Positions 8,211 through 17,270 of a stretch of DNA of 45,264 nucleotides are shown piece after piece. Numbering within the stretch: the stretch's first letter is position 1; every line of letters begins with the position of its first letter. Origin of the DNA: Promethearchaeota archaeon (GTDB lineage Archaea > Asgardarchaeota > Lokiarchaeia > Sigyniarchaeales > SOKP01); contig JBHLMQ010000022.1 in assembly GCA_048938005.1 (NCBI GenBank), forward strand, positions 1 through 45,264. Reading direction: 5' to 3'. A model generated the notes under the pieces. The model saw only the letters and a program-made list of their open reading frames with translations, made no database searches and had not been told where the DNA came from. The translations under genes and the position numbers were made by a program.

Positions 8211-9539
8211 TTAATTATAATGCTCTCCATTTTTTTCGTAGTTTTTATTTAATAACTTAATCTCTTCATCCGAAATTTGTTTCATCTCATCTTCTAGCTC
8301 ATCATAGAGTTTTATAAACTCAGATGGGAAGGAGAGAGGAGATTTTATCAATTCAGCTTTAATAGATTGAAATTGTTCTTCATCTGTAAATATTTTTTTG
8401 AGTTTATTTTCCAATTCTAATGGAATTTTCAAAAATCTACCCGTTAATAATAGAGGTTGTTTTTTACTTTTTATAATTTTGTAAGGAAAATTGGAAAAAT
8501 ATTTTTCAATCAATTCAAATGCGCTTTCATATTGAGACATATCTTTAACCGATTTTTTTAATTCTCGCTCAAATTTTTTCTCGAAATCTTGTGTAAAATT
8601 CAAAACAGACTCACGTAACAATTTGGAAGATTTAGATGCGACTAAACCCACTGTAATTGATTTTGATTCATTCAAAATCAAAATACCTTCTTCCAAATTG
8701 ATATCTAATAAACCCCCAATATTCATTAGTTCTTCGCTCATGAGTTGAACAGCATTTAAAAATCCTGTAAATATATCTTCATCGATGTTTAATTCAGTCC
8801 AATCATGATCGTATATTGGATAACCTTCTCTATCTTTTACAACTAATCTATATATGGTGAATGGTAATATGTATAGCAATTTTGGTTCTTTTATAATAGC
8901 AATGATAAAGATTAGAATTCCTAAACCCATCATAATATCTGCATATACAATAAATATTGGCTCCAAATAAAAAAATATATACACGATAAGAGAAGCTGGT
9001 AGAGCAAGGCAAATACCTAGGAATAATATTAAGGCTTCTTTTTTAATTAAAAAAGGAGCATTTAACCAAGTTTTAAAACCCCAATAAAAAAGGATAACCA
9101 CTCCAGAAATTTGAAACAAATCACCCATTATCGCTAAAATACCGGCCCAATTTACATTAAAATATCCAGATTCGAATACAATTACAGCAGTTCCTGGTAA
9201 AAATATTGAATAACATGCTATTGAACCTAAAATACAGATTATGATTAAACCTACGGATTTAAAAGATTCTGAAATAACATAATTCACTCCTATTACTAGA
9301 AAAATTATGGCAAAAACAACGAAAATTAAGCTAATTTTTGATAATATTTGGTTCACTAAAAGAATTGTTAGGCAATCAATATAAAAATATATGGCAATTA
9401 AAAGGATACCTAGTCTAATAAAAAACAACGATTTTATTTTTTTTGTTTTAGGTTCAAAATAAGTTAATGCTGAAGCTATTAGTGTTATTGTCGCAACATA
9501 CAAATCCACTATTGCTTCAGGTGCCCAGTTTAATTCCAT
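8211..9539 (-). CDS. 7TM membrane protein with C-terminal longin-like domain
   Basis: Seven hydrophobic segments in residues ~8-216, then IYRLVVKDREGYPIY...DEDIFTGFLNAV..MSEE...ITVGLVAS...NFTQDFEKKF, the beta-beta-alpha-beta-beta-beta-alpha pattern of longin/roadblock-type domains. Confidence 0.7.
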   Translation of the reverse strand: MELNWAPEAIVDLYVATITLIASALTYFEPKTKKIKSLFFIRLGILLIAIYFYIDCLTILLVNQILSKISLIFVVFAIIFLVIGVNYVISESFKSVGLIIICILGSIACYSIFLPGTAVIVFESGYFNVNWAGILAIMGDLFQISGVVILFYWGFKTWLNAPFLIKKEALILFLGICLALPASLIVYIFFYLEPIFIVYADIMMGLGILIFIIAIIKEPKLLYILPFTIYRLVVKDREGYPIYDHDWTELNIDEDIFTGFLNAVQLMSEELMNIGGLLDINLEEGILILNESKSITVGLVASKSSKLLRESVLNFTQDFEKKFERELKKSVKDMSQYESAFELIEKYFSNFPYKIIKSKKQPLLLTGRFLKIPLELENKLKKIFTDEEQFQSIKAELIKSPLSFPSEFIKLYDELEDEMKQISDEEIKLLNKNYEKNGEHYN

Positions 9540-9594
9540 GTTTCCTATTTACTCCTCTATTAATATATTAGTATTTCTATTTTAATATTTAAAT

Positions 9595-10314
9595 TCATTC
9601 AACTGTATTTGTTTTTTTAGTTAATATTCGAACAATAAAATCTTTCTTATTTGGATTTATATAAATCAAGTTATCTAATTCTTCTTTTACTAATAAAATT
9701 TTATGTTCAATTAAACCATTGATTCGATAATACACATTTTCTCTTTTTTCATTGATTAACTTATAAATTTCTGATTTTTTAAGTGATTCTTGCTCAGTTA
9801 TTAAATTAACAATTTTCATATTAATTTTGTCTCCTAACAAAAAATTAAGAATTCCCATTTCCCTATCCATTTCATATGGAAGAAAAACAGAGTAGTTCCC
9901 AACTTTTATTTTTTTAATATATTCGAATTTCAATAGCATCTCTAAATGCCAGATTAATTGCCCCGAACTTACTAAATTGTCTGTTTGATTATCTTTTAAA
10001 ATTTTTCTAATTAAAGAGTAATGAACTGCTCCATTTTTTTTAATGAAGCGAAAGATATTATATCTCAATCTATTTGAAAGTACAGTTTCTTTAGAAAATT
10101 TGGAGCCTTCTATTAATATCTTTTTATTAATCAAAAAATGGATGATAGATATTAATCCGCTTTTCGGTATTTTTAATCGTTTTTTTGCTAAATTATATAA
10201 ATTCTCTAGGTTGAGAATTTTATTTTTATTCATAATTTCCTCAGCTATCTCCAAAACTCTCTTCACACTTGGATGTTCTAATCCAATTGGTGTAGTTAGA
10301 ATCTGAGTTTTCAT
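9595..10314 (-). CDS. Multi-winged-helix DNA-binding protein (ArsR/MarR-like)
   Basis: RYNIFRFIKKNG.VHYS.I...GQLIWHLEML..FEYI and KIVNLI...KSEI...RENVYYRINGL...IL, preceded by a third winged-helix-like N-terminal segment. Confidence 0.75.
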   Translation of the reverse strand: MKTQILTTPIGLEHPSVKRVLEIAEEIMNKNKILNLENLYNLAKKRLKIPKSGLISIIHFLINKKILIEGSKFSKETVLSNRLRYNIFRFIKKNGAVHYSLIRKILKDNQTDNLVSSGQLIWHLEMLLKFEYIKKIKVGNYSVFLPYEMDREMGILNFLLGDKINMKIVNLITEQESLKKSEIYKLINEKRENVYYRINGLIEHKILLVKEELDNLIYINPNKKDFIVRILTKKTNTVE

Positions 10315-10331
10315 ATTAGAGATAACCTATT

Positions 10332-10718
10332 TTATTCTATGACGTAAATCGAATTATAATGCTCCTTATCAGATATCATATATAATTCTTTTTTTAAATT
10401 GTTGAATAAGCATATAAATTCTGAAAATGTTCCCTTTGGGGCTTTCAGAATTTCAAGTTTTACTAATTTCCTAACTTTGGCATCTTTAATAGATTTATCA
10501 AGAATTCTATAAAGATTGTTCCTTAATAAATATAGAAATAAATTATCCTTAAAAATATATATTTTGAATATAGGTCTTAAAATTTTTGGTAATGTTAATA
10601 ACTTGTAATTTTTTCTGTTTAATTTTTGAATCCTACCTTTAGATTTTGAGATTAAATCCTCTGTTCTTCTTAAAGTATTTGATTTCCTATTACTGCCTTT
10701 TTTTATTGAATTCTGCAT
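10332..10718 (-). CDS. Hypothetical basic protein
   Basis: 128-aa ATG ORF rich in K/R, ending 17 bp upstream of the wHTH gene on the same strand. Confidence 0.5.
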   Translation of the reverse strand: MQNSIKKGSNRKSNTLRRTEDLISKSKGRIQKLNRKNYKLLTLPKILRPIFKIYIFKDNLFLYLLRNNLYRILDKSIKDAKVRKLVKLEILKAPKGTFSEFICLFNNLKKELYMISDKEHYNSIYVIE

Positions 10719-10752
10719 AGTAATGAAATTTTTTTTTCTTACGAGGATTCCT

Positions 10753-10771
10753 TGATAAATTTAATTTATCA
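10753..10771. promoter_or_regulatory. Perfect 9-1-9 inverted repeat TGATAAATT-T-AATTTATCA, operator candidate
   Basis: Lies 35-53 bp upstream of the ATG of the 10332..10718 gene. It is AT-rich, so a chance match is possible. Confidence 0.35.
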
Positions 10772-10808
10772 GATAGAAGAGAATTAAATTTGTCCTATAA
10801 AATTGTGT

Positions 10809-10826
10809 AGACCAAAATTCTACAAA
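10809..10826. repeat. 18-bp dispersed motif, copy 3 (AGACCAAAATTCTACAAA)
   Basis: 15/18 identical to copy 2. A reverse half-copy (AAATTTGTCCTAT) lies at ~10786..10798. Confidence 0.4.
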
Positions 10827-10831
10827 TAAAA

Positions 10832-11737
10832 TTAATCCAATTTTTCAAAAAGACAGAAATAAAATCCTATGGTATCATGGATATGAGGATATAATCTTTG
10901 TGAGAATTTCAAATCCTCTATCAAGGTGGTTCCAAAAACCTTAATTAATCCTTTCACACCATAATTCTCGGAAATTTTAATTATAGTAAAATTATTTAAC
11001 ATATTTAACACACTATGAACAACTAACTCATTTTCTTCGGGAGCAATTGAACATGTACAATACAAGAGTCTCCCTCCTGATTTTAATGCGGTTAATCCTG
11101 CTTTTAATAACTTCTTTTGAATTGAAGCCATCTGTTCGATATCTTTCATTCTTTTATTTTTTTTTCTAATCGGATCTTGTCTTATTAATCCTTCTCCTGT
11201 GCATGGAGCATCTAAAAGAATTTTATTCGCTTTGATGTTTAATTTTGATAAATTAATAGAATCCATATTAAGGGCAATTGAATTAATAATTCCCATTCTA
11301 CGTAAATTAGTTTCTAAAGCAGGAATTCTATTTTTGTTTTTTTCAATTAAAATTAACCTGCCTTCATTTTTCATTAATTGAGCTATATGTGTTGCTTTAC
11401 TTCCAGGAGCAGCACACATATCAATTACAGTATCATTAGACTTAGGATCGAGAATAATAGCAGAAAGCATTGAAGCAACATTTTGTAAATAGTAATAGCC
11501 TTGGAGAAATTCATGTAAAGAACCTAAACTATAGGTTTCCTTAATTATTTTAAATCCATAAGGAATCCATTTAATTGGTTCTAACTCGAATCCTTTTTTT
11601 TCTAATCTTTTCTTTAGTTCTAAGGTAGATATCTTAAGAGTATTGACTCGTATTGATGGTATTAATGGTTGCTCATTTGCCCTTAATAAATTTACAGTTT
11701 CATCAATACCAAGAAATTGAATATATCTTTCTATCAT
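10832..11737 (-). CDS. NOL1/NOP2/Sun (RsmB/RsmF)-family RNA m5C methyltransferase
   Basis: IRVNTLK, DMCAAPGSKATH, ILLDAPCTGEG, YCTCSIAPEENE (both catalytic Cys) and YPHIHDTIGFY. The true start may be further upstream. Confidence 0.93.
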   Translation of the reverse strand: MIERYIQFLGIDETVNLLRANEQPLIPSIRVNTLKISTLELKKRLEKKGFELEPIKWIPYGFKIIKETYSLGSLHEFLQGYYYLQNVASMLSAIILDPKSNDTVIDMCAAPGSKATHIAQLMKNEGRLILIEKNKNRIPALETNLRRMGIINSIALNMDSINLSKLNIKANKILLDAPCTGEGLIRQDPIRKKNKRMKDIEQMASIQKKLLKAGLTALKSGGRLLYCTCSIAPEENELVVHSVLNMLNNFTIIKISENYGVKGLIKVFGTTLIEDLKFSQRLYPHIHDTIGFYFCLFEKLD

Positions 11738-11879
11738 ATAGGGGAGATACCCATATTCTTCTGCGAGTTTTCTTGCATCTTTCCGTAATTGAGAAATTGA
11801 AATGTCAACTCGATTTCAATCTATTAATACTAATAAAAAATAATAAATTATAATTGTTATTAGAGAAAAAATTAGCGTT

Positions 11880-12488
11880 ATGATTGAAGTAGAAATTAAA
11901 GTTAAAATCTCAAATCCAGACCTAATTCGAAAGAAGTTTGAAAAAAATAACGGAATTTATAAAATTTCCCTTGTTCATGAGGATACTTATTTTAATATGC
12001 CGAAAGGTCTGAGAGATTTTAAAAAAACTGATGAGGCTTTAAGATTGAGGAAGTCCATTGAATTTAGCAAAAATGAAGTATCAAAAAAACCAGTTATCAA
12101 TCATTTTATTACTTATAAGGGAAAGAAAATGGATCTCTACACAAAAACGCGTAAAGAACTTGACATTAAAATAGAAGACATTGAAAACATGAAATTACTA
12201 CTTGAAAATTTGGGGTTTCAAGAAATCTTTACCGTTAAGAAAGAAAGAGAATTATATGAATTTGAATTTAATAATTACCTTATTGAAGCATTAATTGATT
12301 ATTTACCAATATTGAACCAATATTTTCTAGAAGTTGAATTTTTATTAGATTCTCCCAAAAATCTTGAGGTTTCTAAAAAACTCCTATTCGATTTTTTGGA
12401 TATGCTTGGTATTAAGAAAGAAGAATCTATTAGAAAATCATATTTAGAACTGATTGCTGAAAAACTTAAAGGAAATCTAAAGAGTTAA
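11880..12488 (+). CDS. cyaB: CYTH-domain protein (class IV adenylate cyclase CyaB-like)
   Basis: N-terminal EVEIK (ExExK), DTYF, ALRLR, ITYKG, KKERE, FLEVE and C-terminal SYLEL. Confidence 0.88.
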   Translation: MIEVEIKVKISNPDLIRKKFEKNNGIYKISLVHEDTYFNMPKGLRDFKKTDEALRLRKSIEFSKNEVSKKPVINHFITYKGKKMDLYTKTRKELDIKIEDIENMKLLLENLGFQEIFTVKKERELYEFEFNNYLIEALIDYLPILNQYFLEVEFLLDSPKNLEVSKKLLFDFLDMLGIKKEESIRKSYLELIAEKLKGNLKS

Positions 12489-12505
12489 AGAGTATATGTA
12501 TTAAA

Positions 12506-12784
12506 TTATTTCTTTAAATCTTTATATTGCCCATCCATGATTTGTGCTATGTATCGTCTTCCCTTAATAATCCACATTATTTTATGTCCTTCTCTTGCTT
12601 TTTTACCCCACTCGGATTTCTTATTACGATTTTGTTCAATATATCGATACCCAAAAAGATCCACATATTTTACACCACTTGAGAACTTTTTTATAGAGTA
12701 TTCAATCTCGTCAATTTCAACGCTTTTTTTTCCTTCAAATATAGCATCAAATATCTTCAAACCATTTTCTTTTATTTTTTCCAT
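12506..12784 (-). CDS. Hypothetical protein
   Basis: 92-aa ATG ORF 14 bp downstream of the HD gene, preceded by a GAGGTG Shine-Dalgarno-like sequence. Its core reads IEQN..KKSEWG..AR.GHKIMW. Confidence 0.7.
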   Translation of the reverse strand: MEKIKENGLKIFDAIFEGKKSVEIDEIEYSIKKFSSGVKYVDLFGYRYIEQNRNKKSEWGKKAREGHKIMWIIKGRRYIAQIMDGQYKDLKK

Positions 12785-12798
12785 ATTTCTAAATCACC

Positions 12799-14280
12799 TC
12801 AAATAATTATGATATCATGTGCTATGATATTTTCCTTTTTTTCCTTCTTATGTTTAATTATTTTAATGTCATGAAGGTTAATAGTAGTTTTAGGAAATAG
12901 GTTTCCACTATTTAACCTTCCAAATGTTTTTTTCTTCTCATTTGAAAATAGATTGAAATTAAATTTCATTAGATCTTTAGCTTGTTCATTTCTAAATTGC
13001 ATTAACCATGAAAACTCGTCTAAAGTTAGTAATAGCTCATCTAAGAGAGTGACTTTTTCCAATTCAGTTGTAAAATATGTATCGCGTATTTGAATTGGAA
13101 TGGGTCTACCCCACTCTTGTAGTTCATCTATTAGCATTAAGAAAAACGCCAATGGTTGCTCATCAAACAAATAATCTTTAAGATTTGCTTTAAAATTATG
13201 CAAAGCTATGGCTCGTGCTGCTAGAATATATCCAATATATTCATCATTTTTTTTAATTTCTTCTGGTGTTCCAAGTCCCTTCAGTAGAGAAAGTGCAGAA
13301 ATAACTCCATGATCTAATTCTACAGGGCTCTTGTAATTATATTCAGGATGACCATCTGGTTGATTCAAGAAAATTTGAGAATTTTGAGAAGGAAGTTCCT
13401 GAAATTTAAATCCAGCGCCTTCTCTTATTAAAATACGAGCTTCTTTAGAAAGTCCTTCTTCTATAATCGTCAGATATTTTTCTTGCTCACCTTTCCAAGC
13501 TAAATTGATTTCAAAGGGAATAAATTCTAAATCTATAGTAGGATAGCATTTTAGGATTTGGTTAACAAGTGAATAGTTAACAGCGGTTGTCATTTTACCT
13601 AATGGATAACCAATATCATGGAGTAGCCCTACAATCCACCAAAATTTGTCTTTAAGAAGATTTCTGTCTAAGTCTGTTAATTCAGAAATAATTCCTTCTA
13701 AGGAACCTTGACCAAGGTCTTGTTCTAATAAGAAATCTCCTAATACTGCCACACGAAGTGCATGTTCAGTATGATCTCTATAATACTTTTTTACACTTGT
13801 ACTATAAAGAAAAGCTTCTAGGTCTGGTAAAGCACGTATTAAATACAACAATCCCTTTGATTCGATACCTCTTTCTTTAGATACATCATAAAGGGCCGAT
13901 GACAAATTTTTTTTCTTTCCAGTTAGAAAATCCAATCCAGGAATTACGTCTAATTTTTCAATCCCCTGAAGAGATTGTTCAATTCCTTTAGTTATTGGTT
14001 TTTTAACACTTTCAATGATATCCATTGAAAAACTCGAGAATTTTTTCCCAAAACCCCCTAATTTGGCAAATTCTTTTTGGGCTGAAGCTAACTCCTTATC
14101 TAAGTCCTGAAAGGAGATTTTATCTTTTTCTTTTTTAATTTGTTCAAGAACTTCTGGAGGTGCTTCTTCAAGTGATCTTTCGACTGATTCTAACAGATTG
14201 TTTACCCAATTAGAAAAACTATTGCTTTGGGAGGATATCCTGTTTAAGATCCAATCATCATTTATATGGAAATCTGGCAA
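12799..14280 (-). CDS. HD-superfamily metal-dependent phosphohydrolase with N-terminal helical extension
   Basis: RDHTEHALRV, LLHDIGY, DHGVISA, AIALHN and IDELQEWGR. TTG start. Confidence 0.8.
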   Translation of the reverse strand: MPDFHINDDWILNRISSQSNSFSNWVNNLLESVERSLEEAPPEVLEQIKKEKDKISFQDLDKELASAQKEFAKLGGFGKKFSSFSMDIIESVKKPITKGIEQSLQGIEKLDVIPGLDFLTGKKKNLSSALYDVSKERGIESKGLLYLIRALPDLEAFLYSTSVKKYYRDHTEHALRVAVLGDFLLEQDLGQGSLEGIISELTDLDRNLLKDKFWWIVGLLHDIGYPLGKMTTAVNYSLVNQILKCYPTIDLEFIPFEINLAWKGEQEKYLTIIEEGLSKEARILIREGAGFKFQELPSQNSQIFLNQPDGHPEYNYKSPVELDHGVISALSLLKGLGTPEEIKKNDEYIGYILAARAIALHNFKANLKDYLFDEQPLAFFLMLIDELQEWGRPIPIQIRDTYFTTELEKVTLLDELLLTLDEFSWLMQFRNEQAKDLMKFNFNLFSNEKKKTFGRLNSGNLFPKTTINLHDIKIIKHKKEKKENIIAHDIIII

Positions 14281-14541
14281 ATCAATACAACAGAGAGATT
14301 TAATTATTGGTTTAAATCTATTAGCATTTAATTTTTTTACAGTTTTAAATTTACGTTAAAATATGAGAGAGATGAAAAAATTGAACTTCATTAGTTATTA
14401 TCTTAGAATAGGATTTACTACTATAAATTTAAATGCGTGTTAAGTTATGTTAAACCAAATAAAAACACGAATTAGGTTTAAAACTAGAAATTTCTTATTT
14501 TATCTAATTTTTAAAAATACAGCTGAATTCGGAAATTCTCC

Positions 14542-15915
14542 ATGGTTTATTTTGAGATTGATCAGTTAGGATTTAATTGCGGAAAAATTAAAGAGAAATG
14601 TTCAAAGTATCCTAAGTTTTGCATGGATTGTGTTAAAAATAAATTAAAACAACTTGGTTTTGAAATAGATTCTAATTTGAAAGTATTTGAAGTTGATTCT
14701 TATGAACGTCGCCTTCAGATGGAACGCGAATTAATTTGGCGAAAATTTTTAGATGTTCTAAATATAAGACATGTTATAATTATTGATAAGGATTCTGGAT
14801 TAACTCTTTTAAACTATCCTGTATCTGGTGAAGAGATAAACGCAGATTTATTGAGCGGTTTCATTCAAGCAAATATCACCTTTTCTGAATCACATAAAGG
14901 TTCATACAAGAGTTCACCCTCAGCAAGAAATCATAAATTTTATGAATTCCAATACCAAAATTTCAATATACTTTTAAGGAATGGAGAATTCATTCGGCTT
15001 TGTTTAATGCTTGATCATAAAGCTTCTGAAAATATGAGAACTCAAGTTCTCCAATTCATTCCTGAATTTGAAGAAATTTTTAATCAAGAGCTACAAAATT
15101 TTAGAAATGCTGGAATGTTTTATTACAAGAATATGGTTGATTATATCATTGATATACTTGAAATTAAGTTAGTTTTTCCGATGAAATTGGCTCATTCAAT
15201 CACTCCTAAAGATTTAGAAAGTATTAATCAAAATCAACTTCAAAAAGCGATATATAATATTGCTAAGGAATTACTCATTTCAAAATCATTCTTTTTTATT
15301 AATAATCTACTCAACCGAGTGAAAAAAATTGTTAATCTAGATGCAAATGTTATTTTATTTCAGATATATCAGTTAGTAGAGAATAAAACCATTATTCCAA
15401 CAAAGTTAGAAGCAGCTGTAAGTAATATCGAGATGATTCAAGAAGCTAGGGACGAAAAGATTGCTAAATATAAGCCAATTTCTTCTATTATTATAACAGA
15501 TTCAGATTTGGAAAATTTAAAAGAAAAAGTAGAAGATATGGATGAGAGTTCAGCAAATAAGATGATAAAGGAATTGATCAAGAAAGGAAAAGCAGCTGAA
15601 AAGTCTCTGGCGTATCAGGTTGGCGAACATGAATATAAAAAAGCCTTATTTCTAGCAAGGGAATTTAATTTGAAAACAGAAATGGATAGAATTTCAAAAT
15701 TGTTATTAGATTTAGATAAACAAGTTAAACAAATAGAGTTAGATTTTACTTTGAAAGCAGGAGAAAATGCCGAAAAAAGTGGTGATAAGATAAATAGTAT
15801 TCACTATTATCAAAAAGCATTAAAGATACTTGAAAGTTTTTTAATTTATAATATTTCTGATTCTCGAATTAAAAAATTGAAGAAGAAAATTATTAAACTC
15901 CGTGAAGAGATATAA
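14542..15915 (+). CDS. Multidomain longin-like protein (Cys4 N-terminus, longin, winged-helix-like, TPR/MIT-like C-terminus)
   Basis: C-x6-C-x6-C-x2-C, then VIIIDKDSGLTLL...ADLLSGFIQA..TFS...FYEFQYQNFNILL..GEFIRLCLML...EFEEIF. The C-terminus has helical repeats G..AEK....Y.KAL. Confidence 0.7.
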   Translation: MVYFEIDQLGFNCGKIKEKCSKYPKFCMDCVKNKLKQLGFEIDSNLKVFEVDSYERRLQMERELIWRKFLDVLNIRHVIIIDKDSGLTLLNYPVSGEEINADLLSGFIQANITFSESHKGSYKSSPSARNHKFYEFQYQNFNILLRNGEFIRLCLMLDHKASENMRTQVLQFIPEFEEIFNQELQNFRNAGMFYYKNMVDYIIDILEIKLVFPMKLAHSITPKDLESINQNQLQKAIYNIAKELLISKSFFFINNLLNRVKKIVNLDANVILFQIYQLVENKTIIPTKLEAAVSNIEMIQEARDEKIAKYKPISSIIITDSDLENLKEKVEDMDESSANKMIKELIKKGKAAEKSLAYQVGEHEYKKALFLAREFNLKTEMDRISKLLLDLDKQVKQIELDFTLKAGENAEKSGDKINSIHYYQKALKILESFLIYNISDSRIKKLKKKIIKLREEI

Positions 15916-15924
15916 TCTCTTACA

Positions 15925-17061
15925 CTAGGTTATATCTAACCTCACTACATCATGATGACATACTGTAAGTGAGTTATTGGAAGGAGCGATTAAACTCACA
16001 TTATCTAGTACTTCGACGTACGAAGAAAGAATTACTAAATTTTGGAGGTTTCCTTTTAATTTGACTCCATCATGAATCATACTATTATCGGCGATTATTG
16101 ACCTTTCTATATTTACATTATTTGAAACATAAGCTTCGTTGTAAATTAGGGCATCTTTGATTTCTGTATTTTCGCCAATATAAACATTATTTCCAATAAT
16201 TACATTTGGTCCAATTCGACAATTCTTTCTAATGACAACATGTTCTCCAATAGTTACAGGAGGATATATTATTGCTTTACCTTCGATATCCAAACTATCA
16301 TCAATAAGATTTTCCTGTTTTATTTTTAAGTTTTTCAATATATCATTCATTAATTGAATATTTGCTTCTAATAGCTCTTCAGGTTTACCAATATCTTTCC
16401 AAACACCAGGTATAGAATAATGATATAATTTTTCTTTACTCGCAAGAATAGGAAAAATCTCTCGCTCTATTGAGACTTTTTTTTTTGGTTCAATATATGA
16501 AAGGATTTCTGGCTCTAAAAGATAAACACCCGCATTTATTGGCATCGGAATATGTTTTCCCTCTGGAGGAGTGTATTCAGTTTTTTCAAGAAATTTTAAA
16601 ATTCTATTTGTATCTTCCTCAACAATTAACACACCATACCTTGAAGGATCTGGAACGATTTTGCTAGCAATTACTCCTTTACCCTTGTATGTTTCATGAG
16701 CTTTAACGATTTCTTTAAAATCAAAATTTATTATGACATCTCCATTTAGCATAAAAAAATTTTCATCCTTTAGAAAATCTTCGGCTAATTTTATTGCTCC
16801 AGCTGTTCCTAATGGATACTTCTCATCTGTATATTGAATATTAACTCCAAGTTTCTTCCCATTTCCAAAATAATTTTTCAAAATATCCGACATCACACTA
16901 ACAGCTAAGATTATTTCATTAATCCCAGCGGATTTGAGTAATAGGATTTGTCGTTCGATAACTGGCTTATTGACTACAGGAATCAAAGTCTTAGGAATGG
17001 TACAGGTTAAAGGTCTTAGACGAGTCCCCCACCCTCCAGAAAGTATTATTCCTTTTGTCAT
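15925..17061 (-). CDS. NDP-sugar pyrophosphorylase (mannose-1-phosphate guanylyltransferase-like)
   Basis: GGWGTRLRPLT...PK, LGTAG, NGD, FLEK, WKDIG and C-terminal hexapeptide (left-handed beta-helix) repeats. Confidence 0.92.
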   Translation of the reverse strand: MTKGIILSGGWGTRLRPLTCTIPKTLIPVVNKPVIERQILLLKSAGINEIILAVSVMSDILKNYFGNGKKLGVNIQYTDEKYPLGTAGAIKLAEDFLKDENFFMLNGDVIINFDFKEIVKAHETYKGKGVIASKIVPDPSRYGVLIVEEDTNRILKFLEKTEYTPPEGKHIPMPINAGVYLLEPEILSYIEPKKKVSIEREIFPILASKEKLYHYSIPGVWKDIGKPEELLEANIQLMNDILKNLKIKQENLIDDSLDIEGKAIIYPPVTIGEHVVIRKNCRIGPNVIIGNNVYIGENTEIKDALIYNEAYVSNNVNIERSIIADNSMIHDGVKLKGNLQNLVILSSYVEVLDNVSLIAPSNNSLTVCHHDVVRLDIT

Positions 17062-17270
17062 ATTAATAATTTAGTGATTATATAGAAATCTTGTTTCTTA
17101 AGATATTGATAAGGAATTAAAAAAGAAATTAAAATTTATTTAAAAAATATTAAAATTATAAAACTAAATGAAAGCTTTGATTTGATCATATCAAAACTGT
17201 ACGAAATTAAGAAAAAGATTTTTTAAATTTTTAGAGACTCTTCATTTTTTAAAAAAAATAAGAAAAAAAT

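Noticed and set aside
14447-14569. Upstream ORF (MLNQIKTRIRF...) overlapping the start of the longin gene
   Set aside because: It is short, AT-rich and motif-free, as expected by chance.
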